Of a DNA stretch of 47,602 nucleotides, positions 19,277 through 29,018 are shown one piece after another (position 1 is the first letter of the stretch; every line of letters starts with the position of its first letter). Made by a program: the position numbers and the translations under genes. Source of the stretch: Fibrobacteria bacterium (lineage in GTDB: Bacteria; Fibrobacterota; Fibrobacteria; UBA11236); contig JAYTHY010000139.1 of the NCBI GenBank assembly GCA_043732185.1, positions 1 through 47,602 on the forward strand, in the 5' to 3' direction. The notes beneath the pieces are model-generated. The model was given only the letters and a program-made list of their open reading frames with translations. It was not told the DNA's origin and made no database searches.

Positions 19277-19867
19277 ATGCATTATGGGAATATCATTAAG
19301 GTGGTCGGATTGGCGACCTTGGCTATGGGGTTCGCGACATCCGCGCATGCCCAAAATAGTCCGTACCAGTTTTACCAAGAAGAAACGGCCGTCGCTTGGC
19401 AGTCCGAATCTCTGTACTGGACTTTTGATGTGGATTTCACGAAAACCTCCGCCAATCCCCTCTACAATTTCACGACATTTACAAATCCGAGAACGGGGGG
19501 CACCGTAAATTCTTATCCGTTAAAAATCGTCTCCCTCGGCGGCTGCTATGAAATCCGCACGACCGGAGCTACGGGTTCTGATGTCCTCCTTTCCGTCCAA
19601 AACTATAACAATGTCTGGACTTGGTTGGCTGATGATAATGGAGGAAACGGCCAGTTTTTTGCCCGGGTATATATCAAGCCACCCGCCCAATATGATCTGC
19701 GCATTTCGGAATACACCAATGGAAACGCAAACGATCAGATTACGGTGATCATGAGGAAAGTCAAAGCTAACCCTGGCTCGACCATCAATTCCTCGAGCTG
19801 CCGTTTGCTTAACCAGCCCTACTGGCAAATGGATTTGAACTCCGGGAATCCCTACAATCCCCAGTGA
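19277..19867 (+). CDS. Secreted hypothetical protein with a PPC-like beta domain
   Basis: AAGGAG RBS; signal peptide ending AHA; YEIRTTG..SDVLL.V...WLADDNGGNG.F...Y.LRI resembles pre-peptidase C-terminal domains. Confidence 0.65.
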   Translation: MHYGNIIKVVGLATLAMGFATSAHAQNSPYQFYQEETAVAWQSESLYWTFDVDFTKTSANPLYNFTTFTNPRTGGTVNSYPLKIVSLGGCYEIRTTGATGSDVLLSVQNYNNVWTWLADDNGGNGQFFARVYIKPPAQYDLRISEYTNGNANDQITVIMRKVKANPGSTINSSSCRLLNQPYWQMDLNSGNPYNPQ

Positions 19868-19883
19868 GTAGGAAACGAGAAGT

Positions 19884-21245
19884 ATGCGGCTTAATCAACT
19901 TCTTCTTGCCATTCTAGGGTTCCTGCAATTGGCCGTTGCCGATCCGAAGGATCCGAGATTGGTGGATGAGGCTGTTCTCCGCGAGCATTTCCAACGGTCC
20001 CTGGCGCAAGCTCGGGAAGTACTTCGGATACGCGATGCGAAGCGGCAGGAGTTTCTGGATCGCGCCCAAGTCGGCCGAGCGGGAGATTCCTGCTTGGCCT
20101 ATGAAATCGAATCAGGCAACTGCTCCATTTCTGCGGCGCAATTCGATAGGTACTTGCCCTCATACTTTCCTGATTCCTTGGAGTCCAAGTCCGATGAGAG
20201 CCTTGCCTTAAACGCCTCGAAAGCGCGGCGAGCGGTTTTCGACCAATTGCTCGACCGCGCTTTCTTGAATGCTTACCAATCGGATTCCATGGAGCCTCCC
20301 GATCCCCATGCGCAAAAAACACGTACTGAATCCCGTGCGTTATTGCAAGCGATCCATTTACCAATACTGCTTAAGGCTTTCCCCAACCTCAGGGTCCAGG
20401 TATTCGCGGCTTCCGATTCCGCTTGGCTCGCGACCAGGCTCGAAGATTCCAAAAGCCGGATTCTTCCCATGACCATGGCAGCATCTAAGTTGCCTGATAC
20501 CGTCCTTGCTTCATTGGCCAATTCGGAATACAGCGAATGGACTCCTATCCAAAGGGTACCCTTCGGATACCTTACTTGTAGTTGGCTCGATCGGTTGCCC
20601 TCCTACGAAGCGCTCGGGAAAATTCTCCTGGTTATTAACCGGATTGAATCTCAAGTCAAAATGGGGAGCCGAACCGATGCGATACAGGCACTAAGGAATC
20701 AGAAGGTATCCTGCCAGGAAGAAGATACCCTCGACCTATCTCTGCAATTGGCGCCTCCTCTCCGGCGAAATGGCGGTGACCCGGGACCATCCTGGAAACA
20801 AATCTCATCGTCCGATTTGCCTGCGTCCATAAAAAGTATGGTATGGACAAAAATCGCCCGGGGAAAAAAGGACACAGTGGGGCCGGTTCGTAGCGACTAC
20901 GGATTTTGGATCGTTTCCAAGCAATCCTCGGAACTCAAGGCTGGCAGTCCCATCGATTCGGCTACTTGCATGGCCCGGATAGAGGTGAAAATGCGCGTCG
21001 AGCAGGTGGCAAAACTTCTTCAATCCGAATGGGAACGCATAACTTCGAAAATAGCAGCTCCTGAGAAAAACAATTTGCGAACGGCCCTTCTCGAGCAGCT
21101 TTCCCGGCAAGGGACCCAGCCTGAATCGTCATACTATAGGATGCGGGAGCAATGGGCATCCAGATCCCTGCGATTTACACAGGACATCAAGTCTCTAAGC
21201 GGCATGGATGATTCTCCGAAAAAAAGCCCCGGGAATAACGAGTAG
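19884..21245 (+). CDS. Exported protein with two degenerate parvulin (PpiC)-like segments; SurA/PrsA-like chaperone
   Basis: Signal peptide; SKLPDTVLASL...EWTPIQRVPFGY and SDLPASI...VGPVRSDYGFWIV resemble rotamase C-terminal motifs; helical N- and C-terminal regions. Confidence 0.55.
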   Translation: MRLNQLLLAILGFLQLAVADPKDPRLVDEAVLREHFQRSLAQAREVLRIRDAKRQEFLDRAQVGRAGDSCLAYEIESGNCSISAAQFDRYLPSYFPDSLESKSDESLALNASKARRAVFDQLLDRAFLNAYQSDSMEPPDPHAQKTRTESRALLQAIHLPILLKAFPNLRVQVFAASDSAWLATRLEDSKSRILPMTMAASKLPDTVLASLANSEYSEWTPIQRVPFGYLTCSWLDRLPSYEALGKILLVINRIESQVKMGSRTDAIQALRNQKVSCQEEDTLDLSLQLAPPLRRNGGDPGPSWKQISSSDLPASIKSMVWTKIARGKKDTVGPVRSDYGFWIVSKQSSELKAGSPIDSATCMARIEVKMRVEQVAKLLQSEWERITSKIAAPEKNNLRTALLEQLSRQGTQPESSYYRMREQWASRSLRFTQDIKSLSGMDDSPKKSPGNNE

Positions 21246-21678
21246 GATTTTACTCGCGCAGGTACTTAAAGCGTCGCGACGGGATATCCAGGCTGGCCGG
21301 TTCTATTTCCACCGTTTGCTCGCCTTCAGGGAGCGGGCTTCATCTTCCGTAAGCGGCAAGCGGATGTGGTTGGCGTTATCCGCCGTGGCGGCGGCCGACC
21401 GAGGCCCGCCCCAGGCCCCGTATTCCCGCCTTCCAAGCCTCTTTTTGAGGCATTTTCTACTATAGAATAATCGAATTGTTTACGGTGAAACCCGTTATCC
21501 TCTGAATTCAAAAGGAAATATTAATAGCGAGTGAAAGCGATATTGAGCAAACCTTAATTTCCAAATTGAGTGAATTCAGGCAAAAGTCAATCGGATATGA
21601 CAATACATTGTCCGCTTACTGCACTATTTTGAAAAAAGGGGCGTCATTTAGATGTGACCTTAGTGAATGGAGTCAAAA

Positions 21679-22746
21679 ATGAGCTACAAATATCATTCGA
21701 ATGTATTCGGAGTCATCCTATTGGGAGCCTTGCTTTGCAATCCGAGCGTTCCGTTTTCCCAGACCAAAATAAAAGTTTTCATTCTGGCAGGCCAATCCAA
21801 TATGGAAGGCCAGGGAGAAATGACGTCCGGCGCCAAGGGAAATTTAAAATACCTGTGGACCAATAATAAACCCGTATACGGCCACCTTGCAGATGCCTCA
21901 GGCGCTTGGGTGGTTCGAAATGATGTGTGGATTTACTTTGCTGGCGGTGGACAGGGAACCAAAAAAGGAAATCTGACCACTGGATATGGTGGGGCTGCGA
22001 CTACTATCGGGCCTGAATTGCAATTTGGACACCTAATGGGCAATTATTTTAATGAGCAGGTGTTGATTATCAAAACCGCCTGGGGAGGAAAAAGTTTAGC
22101 TGTGGATTTTAGACCTCCGAGTTCCGGTGGGACTGTCGGACCTTATTATACCCAGATGGTGAGCATCGTAAAAGATGTGCTCGCTAATATCAAAACAAAT
22201 TTTCCGTCCTATGCTGGGCAAGGATACGAAATCGCTGGATTCGGTTGGCATCAGGGCTGGAATGATGGTGGCAGTACGGCAATGGCCAACGAGTATGAAA
22301 AGAATATGGTCAATTTCATTAAGGATGTGCGTACGGCATTTAATGTTCCTGCCATGCCTTTCATAATCGCCAACAGTGGCTTCAACGGTTATACAACGAC
22401 ATCCGATACCTGGCAGAAAAACATTCAGACTATTATTCTACCCGGTCAGAATGCGGTTCCCGGTCATACCGAGTTAAATGGAAAGGTTTTCACCGTGGAA
22501 ACCCGGCCTTTTTGGCGCGTGATCGCAGACTCGCCTTCGGACCAAGTCTACCACTGGAATCGAAATGCTGAGAGCTATTTTCTGATCGGTGATGGATTGG
22601 CTAAAGAAATGATCAAATTTATACCGAATACCGTGGGACATCGGATGACTCCTGTGAAAAATCGTAGACCATTAGACTTTTTTTCCGAAATTTCCGGTTC
22701 CTATTCCATTTTAGGAAGGCGCAGTCAGATTCCCCTGCGATTTTAA
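21679..22746 (+). CDS. Secreted sialate O-acetylesterase/CE6-like (SASA) SGNH esterase
   Basis: [49 protein letters not shown]; signal peptide. Confidence 0.88.
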   Translation: MSYKYHSNVFGVILLGALLCNPSVPFSQTKIKVFILAGQSNMEGQGEMTSGAKGNLKYLWTNNKPVYGHLADASGAWVVRNDVWIYFAGGGQGTKKGNLTTGYGGAATTIGPELQFGHLMGNYFNEQVLIIKTAWGGKSLAVDFRPPSSGGTVGPYYTQMVSIVKDVLANIKTNFPSYAGQGYEIAGFGWHQGWNDGGSTAMANEYEKNMVNFIKDVRTAFNVPAMPFIIANSGFNGYTTTSDTWQKNIQTIILPGQNAVPGHTELNGKVFTVETRPFWRVIADSPSDQVYHWNRNAESYFLIGDGLAKEMIKFIPNTVGHRMTPVKNRRPLDFFSEISGSYSILGRRSQIPLRF

Positions 22747-22763
22747 TTTTACCTTCTGAGGCT

Positions 22764-24782
22764 ATGTCTACGCCCAACCGACTTGCCGGTGAAACCAGTC
22801 CTTATCTGCTACAACATGCCCACAACCCAGTAAATTGGTATCCCTGGGGTGACGAAGCCTTACAGCGGGCTCAAAGTGAAAATAAATTATTGCTGATCAG
22901 TATTGGGTATTCCGCCTGCCATTGGTGTCATGTGATGGAGCGTGAATCCTTTGAAGATGACGCCACTGCAGCGATAATGAATGAACGCTTTGTGTGCATC
23001 AAAGTGGATCGCGAGGAGCGGCCCGATATTGATCAGGTGTATATGAATGCCGTTCAGCTGATAACGGGTCAAGGTGGTTGGCCGCTGAACTGCTTTACTC
23101 TGCCCGATGGCAGACCCGTTTATGGCGGCACCTATTTTCGTACTCCGCAATGGAAGAATGTACTCGAAAGCCTTTCGGACATGTACCGCAATGACCCGGA
23201 AAAGGTCATCAAGTATGCTGAGCAGCTTACCAAAGGCGTTAAGCAAAGCGAAGGGATGGCGACTGCGCCCCAGCCTTATTCCTTCACTCTGGAGGACCTA
23301 GAAGCCGTATGCGAACCATGGCAAGCCCACTTTGATCGCGTCGAAGGCGGCATGAATAGAGCACCCAAGTTTCCCTTGCCCAATAATTGGCAATTCCTTT
23401 TACGATACAGCCATCTGACTGGGAATGCCATCCTTCTTGCGCAGGTTAAACTGACTTTGAATAAAATCGCCTATGGTGGAATTTATGACCATCTGGGAGG
23501 AGGCTTTGCGCGTTATTCTACCGATGGACTGTGGAAAGTTCCCCACTTTGAGAAAATGTTGTATGACAATGCCCAGCTTATGGAACTCTACGCAGAGGCC
23601 TTTCAAGCCACGGGAAACCGCTTGTATCGCAAAGTGGTTGAAGAGACGGCAGAATTTGTTGCTAGGGAGTTGACGTCGCCTGAAGGGGTGTTCTATTCAG
23701 CCTTGGATGCAGATAGCGAAGGTGTAGAAGGCAAATTTTATGTTTGGAGCAAAGAGGAATTGGAAAGCGTATTAGGGGATCAATTTCCGCTCGTCCGTGA
23801 TGCATTTGCGGTGAATACAAAAGGTTATTGGGAGGAGGGAAACTATATACTGCTTAAACAGCTGGCCGATGAAGACTTGGCTCAAGCAGCTGGGATAAGC
23901 ATTGAGGATTGGACAGATAAAATCACCGCTGCTAAAGAAAAGCTTTTAAAAGTGCGCTCCCGACGCATCCGTCCAGGTTTGGATGACAAGACTTTGTTTT
24001 CTTGGAATGCCCTGATGGTCAAAGGATACATCGCCGCATATTTGGCCTGCGAAAATGAAAGCTATTTGCAAGCAGCGAAAACCAATCTTGAATTTTTACT
24101 TGGCTCGGGTCGACGCCCGGACGGCGGTCTTTTCCGAAGTTACAAAGCCGGCCGATTCACCATCAACGGCTTTTTGGAAGATTACGCTTACATGGCCGAA
24201 GCCTTGGTCTCACTGTATCAGGCCACTTTAGAGGAGAAGTGGCTTCTCACGGCCAAAGAGTTGGTTGACTACGCCATCACACACTTTAGAGATTCCGTTT
24301 CTGGCCTTTTCTTTTTCACTTCCGATCTTGATAAGCCACTGGTTGCTCGTAAAATGGAAATTCAGGACAATGTCACTCCGGCCTCCAATTCGAGTATGGC
24401 CAAAGCGCTGCTTGCGCTAGGTTCGTTGTTCGGTGACAGCAAATATTCCACCATGGCTGCTGAGATGCTGGGTCAGGTACGCGATGACATGCCCGGATAT
24501 GGCTCGGGCTATTCCAATTGGGCCATGCTGGCATTGAATTTTGCCGCCCCGTTTCATGAAGTCGTTATAGCCGGACCAGAGGCTGCGGTCCGCAGGCAAG
24601 CCTTGGCAAAGCATTACCTGCCTAATATTCTGGTGGCGGGATCGCGAACACCCAGCTCTCTGCCGATTCTGAAAAATCGCTTCCAGCCCCAGCAAACTGC
24701 TTTCTATGTCTGCCGCAATCAGGTTTGCCAACTTCCTGTGGAGACGCTTGCTGAGGCTCTAGAGCAGATGAAAGTTGTCTGA
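22764..24782 (+). CDS. Thioredoxin domain-containing protein, YyaL/SSP411 family
   Basis: [53 protein letters not shown]. Confidence 0.95.
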   Translation: MSTPNRLAGETSPYLLQHAHNPVNWYPWGDEALQRAQSENKLLLISIGYSACHWCHVMERESFEDDATAAIMNERFVCIKVDREERPDIDQVYMNAVQLITGQGGWPLNCFTLPDGRPVYGGTYFRTPQWKNVLESLSDMYRNDPEKVIKYAEQLTKGVKQSEGMATAPQPYSFTLEDLEAVCEPWQAHFDRVEGGMNRAPKFPLPNNWQFLLRYSHLTGNAILLAQVKLTLNKIAYGGIYDHLGGGFARYSTDGLWKVPHFEKMLYDNAQLMELYAEAFQATGNRLYRKVVEETAEFVARELTSPEGVFYSALDADSEGVEGKFYVWSKEELESVLGDQFPLVRDAFAVNTKGYWEEGNYILLKQLADEDLAQAAGISIEDWTDKITAAKEKLLKVRSRRIRPGLDDKTLFSWNALMVKGYIAAYLACENESYLQAAKTNLEFLLGSGRRPDGGLFRSYKAGRFTINGFLEDYAYMAEALVSLYQATLEEKWLLTAKELVDYAITHFRDSVSGLFFFTSDLDKPLVARKMEIQDNVTPASNSSMAKALLALGSLFGDSKYSTMAAEMLGQVRDDMPGYGSGYSNWAMLALNFAAPFHEVVIAGPEAAVRRQALAKHYLPNILVAGSRTPSSLPILKNRFQPQQTAFYVCRNQVCQLPVETLAEALEQMKVV

Positions 24783-25070
24783 TAGCAGGAGATGTGCGGA
24801 GAGTTATTTCGAGTTTAATCAATGGTTTAGCCTTGATGGACGCTGAGCCCCACAAGCCCCGTTGTATCGGCATCGCGGGGTATGTTACCGGGAAGTCCCG
24901 TCCTATTTGAGCTGCAGGGTGGACCTTCTCCAGGCCCGATGTTTACTGGGTTCCCGCGTGACGGTCGAAAAAAAAATCAATCACCGCTTTTCTTTTGTTG
25001 TTTTCCGAAGTATATAATGGAAGCACGGATCGAAAATCGTCCGGCTAAAAAATCATTGAAAGGATGTAGC

Positions 25071-25373
25071 ATGAATAAACAAGAATTAGTGCAAGCCATG
25101 ATGAATGATTCTAAAAGTGGTCTGGAGACCAAGGCCTCGGCGGAGCGGGCTGTCAACGCCATGATTGATGCGATTGAAACGGGCATTAAAAAGGACGGCG
25201 TCGTACAATTGATTGGTTTTGGGACCTTTACGGTCAAGAATCGCGCAGCCCGAAAAGGCCGCAATCCTTCCACTGGCGCTGAAATTAAAATCAAAGCTTC
25301 CCGCACGGTTGGCTTTAAGGCCGGCCTAGCCCTCAAGGAAACCGCCAAAAAAGCAAAGATGAAATCTAAATAA
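25071..25373 (+). CDS. hup: DNA-binding protein HU
   Basis: MNKQELV...VQLIGFGTF...RAARKGRNPSTG.EIKI.A..TVGFKAG; AAGGA RBS before ATG 25071. Confidence 0.95.
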   Translation: MNKQELVQAMMNDSKSGLETKASAERAVNAMIDAIETGIKKDGVVQLIGFGTFTVKNRAARKGRNPSTGAEIKIKASRTVGFKAGLALKETAKKAKMKSK

Positions 25374-25393
25374 CCGATTTCACATTCTGCGTG

Positions 25394-25430
25394 TAGGGGT
25401 GACTTCGTTGAGTCGCCCCTATTTTGTTTT
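25394..25430 (+). terminator. Rho-independent terminator after hup
   Basis: TAGGGGTGACT-tcgttg-AGTCGCCCCTA hairpin followed by TTTTGTTTT. Confidence 0.75.
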
Positions 25431-25462
25431 ATCTACAAGCCTGCTTTACTAGTTTGCGTAGT

Positions 25463-26272
25463 ATGACTCTGTCTGAACCTTTGCTTGTTGGACGGCTGCC
25501 CTTTCTGGTCTGCGCGCCATTTTTCCATTCGACACTTGGTGGATTGGAAGGCTTCCGTTTCTTGGACGGTGTGCCCAGTTATCTCAATGCAGAATTGCAA
25601 GCGGGCCGAATCGATTGCGCACCTTCTTCCAGTTTTGAGTATGCTTTGCATTTCCAGGATTATCAATTATTCCCTGGAATTTCAACTTCCAGTCGCATGG
25701 AAATGAAGTCGGTACTGTTCCTGTCTCAAGTCCGTTGGGAAGATTTGGATTCCTGTCCAATTGGACTTTCCTCGGACTCGGCGACCTCAAATGTGCTTTT
25801 TCAGATTCTGTGCTCGCGATATTATAAAGTTTCACCCAAGATTGATTCCACATCAGAAGAACCATTGGGTCGAGTTTTTATCGGGGACCGAGCATTGCAG
25901 GAATCTGTTTCCGGTCACTGGAAATATCGATATGATTTGGCAGATGTCTGGTCTAAATGGCATGGCTTGCCCTTTTCTTTTGGGCTTTGGATAGTCAGGC
26001 GAGAGGCATCGGCACAAAAGGCGCAATTAGTCAAAGTTTTCCAGCAGGTTCTCGAGTCCTCCCTTGCGGCATTTCGTGCTGATACAGTGCGTGCCTTAAC
26101 GGCTTGGACTTCCTTTTATCCTTCCGCATTACCTCAATCACTTATACTGGAATTTTATCAAACCGCCGATTATGGATTTTCACCTGAACATGCCCAGTCG
26201 TTGGAAATTTTTTATCGCTTAGCCCATGCAGAGGGCTATTTGCCTAGTCTTCCCAAGCTCCACTTTGTTTAA
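25463..26272 (+). CDS. mqnA: Chorismate dehydratase (futalosine menaquinone pathway)
   Basis: G..PFL...P, GVPS.LN..L..G.ID.AP.SSFEY, SVLFLS, SATS, IGDRAL, YDLA..W..W.GLPF.F..W. Confidence 0.85.
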   Translation: MTLSEPLLVGRLPFLVCAPFFHSTLGGLEGFRFLDGVPSYLNAELQAGRIDCAPSSSFEYALHFQDYQLFPGISTSSRMEMKSVLFLSQVRWEDLDSCPIGLSSDSATSNVLFQILCSRYYKVSPKIDSTSEEPLGRVFIGDRALQESVSGHWKYRYDLADVWSKWHGLPFSFGLWIVRREASAQKAQLVKVFQQVLESSLAAFRADTVRALTAWTSFYPSALPQSLILEFYQTADYGFSPEHAQSLEIFYRLAHAEGYLPSLPKLHFV

Positions 26273-26940
26273 GTCCGGGAGTCGTTGAGAAATTCTTGCA
26301 CGGTTTCTAATAAAAAGGACCGGACTTCATTCGGATGGGAAACGGTGATGAGATGATTCTTTCCCGGGATGATTTTGAGGCTTGACGGTGGACCACCCAT
26401 ATCAATTAGCCAATCGTGTTCAGCATGGATATGTCGAAATCGAACTGGAGGCTGGCATCCAGACCAGTGAAGGATCATCGGGGGGAGGCTTTTGAGCAGC
26501 GAGGGAGGGAATTTTCCCATAATATCGGCTAGCAGAGCTTGCCCCTTGGGCGAGAGCATGTTTTGCCATTTGAGAATACTGGGAATTAAAACAAAAATTT
26601 TCCGGACTAGGAAGTCCGGCAGGTAGGGCGCCAAAGGGGCAAAGATCAAAAAGCGTTTTTTAATAAAGCGGGGATGCATACAGGAAGCGATTTGAATGAC
26701 CCCGAGTACGGGAATGATTTTGGCTATTTCCAGGGCTAACATGCCTCCTAAGGAGACTCCGCCTACAATATCTCCCGCTGCAACGTCCATTATTTTAGAA
26801 AGCCTGCGCGCATAGCTGGGAAGGCGCTCGCCTTTTTGTACAGGAATCAAGTCCACCAAGACAAAAGGCTCGGCGGGCAGCTGTAATAGTTCAAAGGCAC
26901 GCTTGTCTAAACCGAAACCGGTAATTAGGAATACCCGCAT
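26269..26940 (-). CDS. Alpha/beta hydrolase fold protein
   Basis: LITGFG, nucleophile elbow GVSLGG, HIHAEHD, and a C-terminal His (GKNHL). Confidence 0.8.
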   Translation of the reverse strand: MRVFLITGFGLDKRAFELLQLPAEPFVLVDLIPVQKGERLPSYARRLSKIMDVAAGDIVGGVSLGGMLALEIAKIIPVLGVIQIASCMHPRFIKKRFLIFAPLAPYLPDFLVRKIFVLIPSILKWQNMLSPKGQALLADIMGKFPPSLLKSLPPMILHWSGCQPPVRFRHIHAEHDWLIDMGGPPSSLKIIPGKNHLITVSHPNEVRSFLLETVQEFLNDSRT

Positions 26941-27091
26941 GCATCCAATTATAGCCTTAATTCTGAAAAAGCCTTTTCTTTTTTGAACCTACCGAAGTCC
27001 GGTTCCATAGGCTATTGTTTATTTAAATTAAAGGGAGTGGGGGACGCGCTAACGACGATTGGCGGGGAGCCCATTTTAGGGGAGAGTACGA

Positions 27092-28609
27092 ATGCAATGC
27101 AGTGAATGCGGGTCCTCCTTGACCTTGAATGCAACTATCTGTCCGGATTGCGGTGCGAGCCAATTGAATACGCCACCCATTCGGACCCGAAAACCCACCG
27201 ACGTTTCAAAAAAACTAGTCGCTGAAATCGGAAACGCATCTGCCAAAAATACCCTGCCAAAAACGGGTGATATTTTTGCTGGTCGATATAGGATTGAAAA
27301 ATACCTGGGATTAGGCAGCCTTTGTAATGCTTACCTATGCCGAGATTCCGCCGAGGACAACCGTGAGGTTGTTTTGAAAACCATGCATGCCCGCAAGGCC
27401 TTAGAATCTGGAATGGCGGACAGCTTTAAATTCCTGGCGGAATCGGTTGCCAGGTACAAGCATCCGGGAATCGCTAAAATTTTTACCGCTGACATTTTTG
27501 AGGGCGTTCCATATTATACCATGGAATGGATTCCTGGTACTCCGTTGCGCCTTTGGCTGATGGAAAGGCTTAACTTTGAAAATCGCGTCTTGCCGGGTGT
27601 GGGAATTATCCGCAGTCTACTCGAAATCTTCGAAACTATTCACGAATACGGCTGCTATGGTTGCTTAAAACCCGAAAATATTTTCATTACTCTCAACGGT
27701 CCGGTACTTACCGATTTTGGAGTAGTGGGTTTCTTAACGCCGCAGGAATTCGAATTCAATGCCTACGCGCGCAGATATATTTCCTATATGGCCCCGGAGC
27801 TGCGCCAGGATTGGAGCAACCTCCTTCCGCAAAGCGATATTTATTCACTCGGGGCGCTGCTTTATGAGATTTTAGTAGGTCGCACACCTGCGCCGCAATT
27901 AAGGCTGCCCAGTGAACTGAGCCCTATTTTTGGAATTGACGCGGATGAAATCATCCTCAAGTCCATGGCAGCCAATGCTACCGATCGGTTTGGAACAGTG
28001 GAAGCGTTTAAATTAGCTGTTGAATCGCTGCTCGCTAGTCTTCTCACTGCACAACCGCCCACCGGCTTGACGGGTTTACCCACTGTAGCGAAAAGGGTCA
28101 AACCGGATCATAGCCATTTGGATGTGGTTAGTGATGTTCAAGCGGTGCATAATCCCGACCTCACTTTTTCGGTTCCTTTGGCTGCTCCGATTCAAACGCC
28201 AGAGGGCCGAAGCGGGAAGCGAGAAAATATTGAGTTCGAAGCGGGAGACCGGACTTTATTCTATCCCAATCCAGCGATTTCAGAAAATCAAAAATTGTTG
28301 GCTGACTTGGATGCTATGGGGGATAAAATCATCGAAGAGGCACATGCCAATCGAAGTTTTGCTCACAAAGCACTAACACCATTACCCTCGCCGAGTCCGG
28401 AAGATGTCACTTTCCCGAACCAAGTGGAATCGGAAGCTGTACAAGCTCTGCAATCCTTGGAAAGGTTGCCGGACACCTCCCCTTTGGATACTGATTTTGA
28501 AGAATCGGAAGCCAGGTCGTTACCGGCCTCGCTTTGGTTGGCCATCGCCCTAGCCGGCTTAGTGCTGGTGACTCTTTCCGCCTATTTTGGCATAACTTTG
28601 GGCAGATAA
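27092..28609 (+). CDS. Zinc-ribbon, Hanks-type Ser/Thr kinase-like protein with C-terminal membrane anchor (probable pseudokinase)
   Basis: CSEC/CPDC; GRYRI...LG.G; VVLK; HPGI; LKPENI; TDFG; YMAPE; SDIYSLG..LYE; catalytic loop reads YGCLKPEN; C-terminal transmembrane helix. Confidence 0.85.
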   Translation: MQCSECGSSLTLNATICPDCGASQLNTPPIRTRKPTDVSKKLVAEIGNASAKNTLPKTGDIFAGRYRIEKYLGLGSLCNAYLCRDSAEDNREVVLKTMHARKALESGMADSFKFLAESVARYKHPGIAKIFTADIFEGVPYYTMEWIPGTPLRLWLMERLNFENRVLPGVGIIRSLLEIFETIHEYGCYGCLKPENIFITLNGPVLTDFGVVGFLTPQEFEFNAYARRYISYMAPELRQDWSNLLPQSDIYSLGALLYEILVGRTPAPQLRLPSELSPIFGIDADEIILKSMAANATDRFGTVEAFKLAVESLLASLLTAQPPTGLTGLPTVAKRVKPDHSHLDVVSDVQAVHNPDLTFSVPLAAPIQTPEGRSGKRENIEFEAGDRTLFYPNPAISENQKLLADLDAMGDKIIEEAHANRSFAHKALTPLPSPSPEDVTFPNQVESEAVQALQSLERLPDTSPLDTDFEESEARSLPASLWLAIALAGLVLVTLSAYFGITLGR

Positions 28610-28619
28610 AGAACGCAGC

Positions 28620-28958
28620 ATGGAAATCCGCATGGAAGGCGTTGTCACAATGGTCCATGGTGAAACACGTACTTTCACTTTTATGCGTAAGGGCTATGAG
28701 GTGCAAGGCTTTCTGATACGGTACCACCAAGGTTACCATGCCTATTTGAATATGTGTTGCCATTGGCCCGTTCCCATGGATCTCGGGGATGGCGATTTTT
28801 TCCATGCGGAAGCCGATAGGATCAGGTGCAAGACCCACGGCGCCGGCTACCTGCCGGATACAGGTGTTTGTGACATGGGTCCGTGTATCAACGCCCAATT
28901 GGAAACGTATCCGGTGTCCCTGCATGGCGACGATATATACGTGACGGTACCTGATTGA
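28620..28958 (+). CDS. Rieske [2Fe-2S] ferredoxin-like protein
   Basis: AYLN.CCH...IRCKTHGA.Y....G.C..GP. Confidence 0.9.
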   Translation: MEIRMEGVVTMVHGETRTFTFMRKGYEVQGFLIRYHQGYHAYLNMCCHWPVPMDLGDGDFFHAEADRIRCKTHGAGYLPDTGVCDMGPCINAQLETYPVSLHGDDIYVTVPD

Positions 28959-29018
28959 CCACATCGCATGTAATGCCTCTTTTCAATTTCATTCCATATC
29001 CAACCCAGAGGTCCTCTT

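Noticed and set aside
24783..25010. Possible ncRNA or riboswitch in the yyaL-hup intergenic region
   Set aside because: Only short GC hairpins are visible; I cannot recognise a family motif. An Rfam/Infernal scan would be needed.
24882..25070. 63-aa N-terminal extension on HU given by the ORF track
   Set aside because: The canonical MNK start at 25071 has its own RBS, and a TATAAT (25013-25018) lies within the supposed extension.
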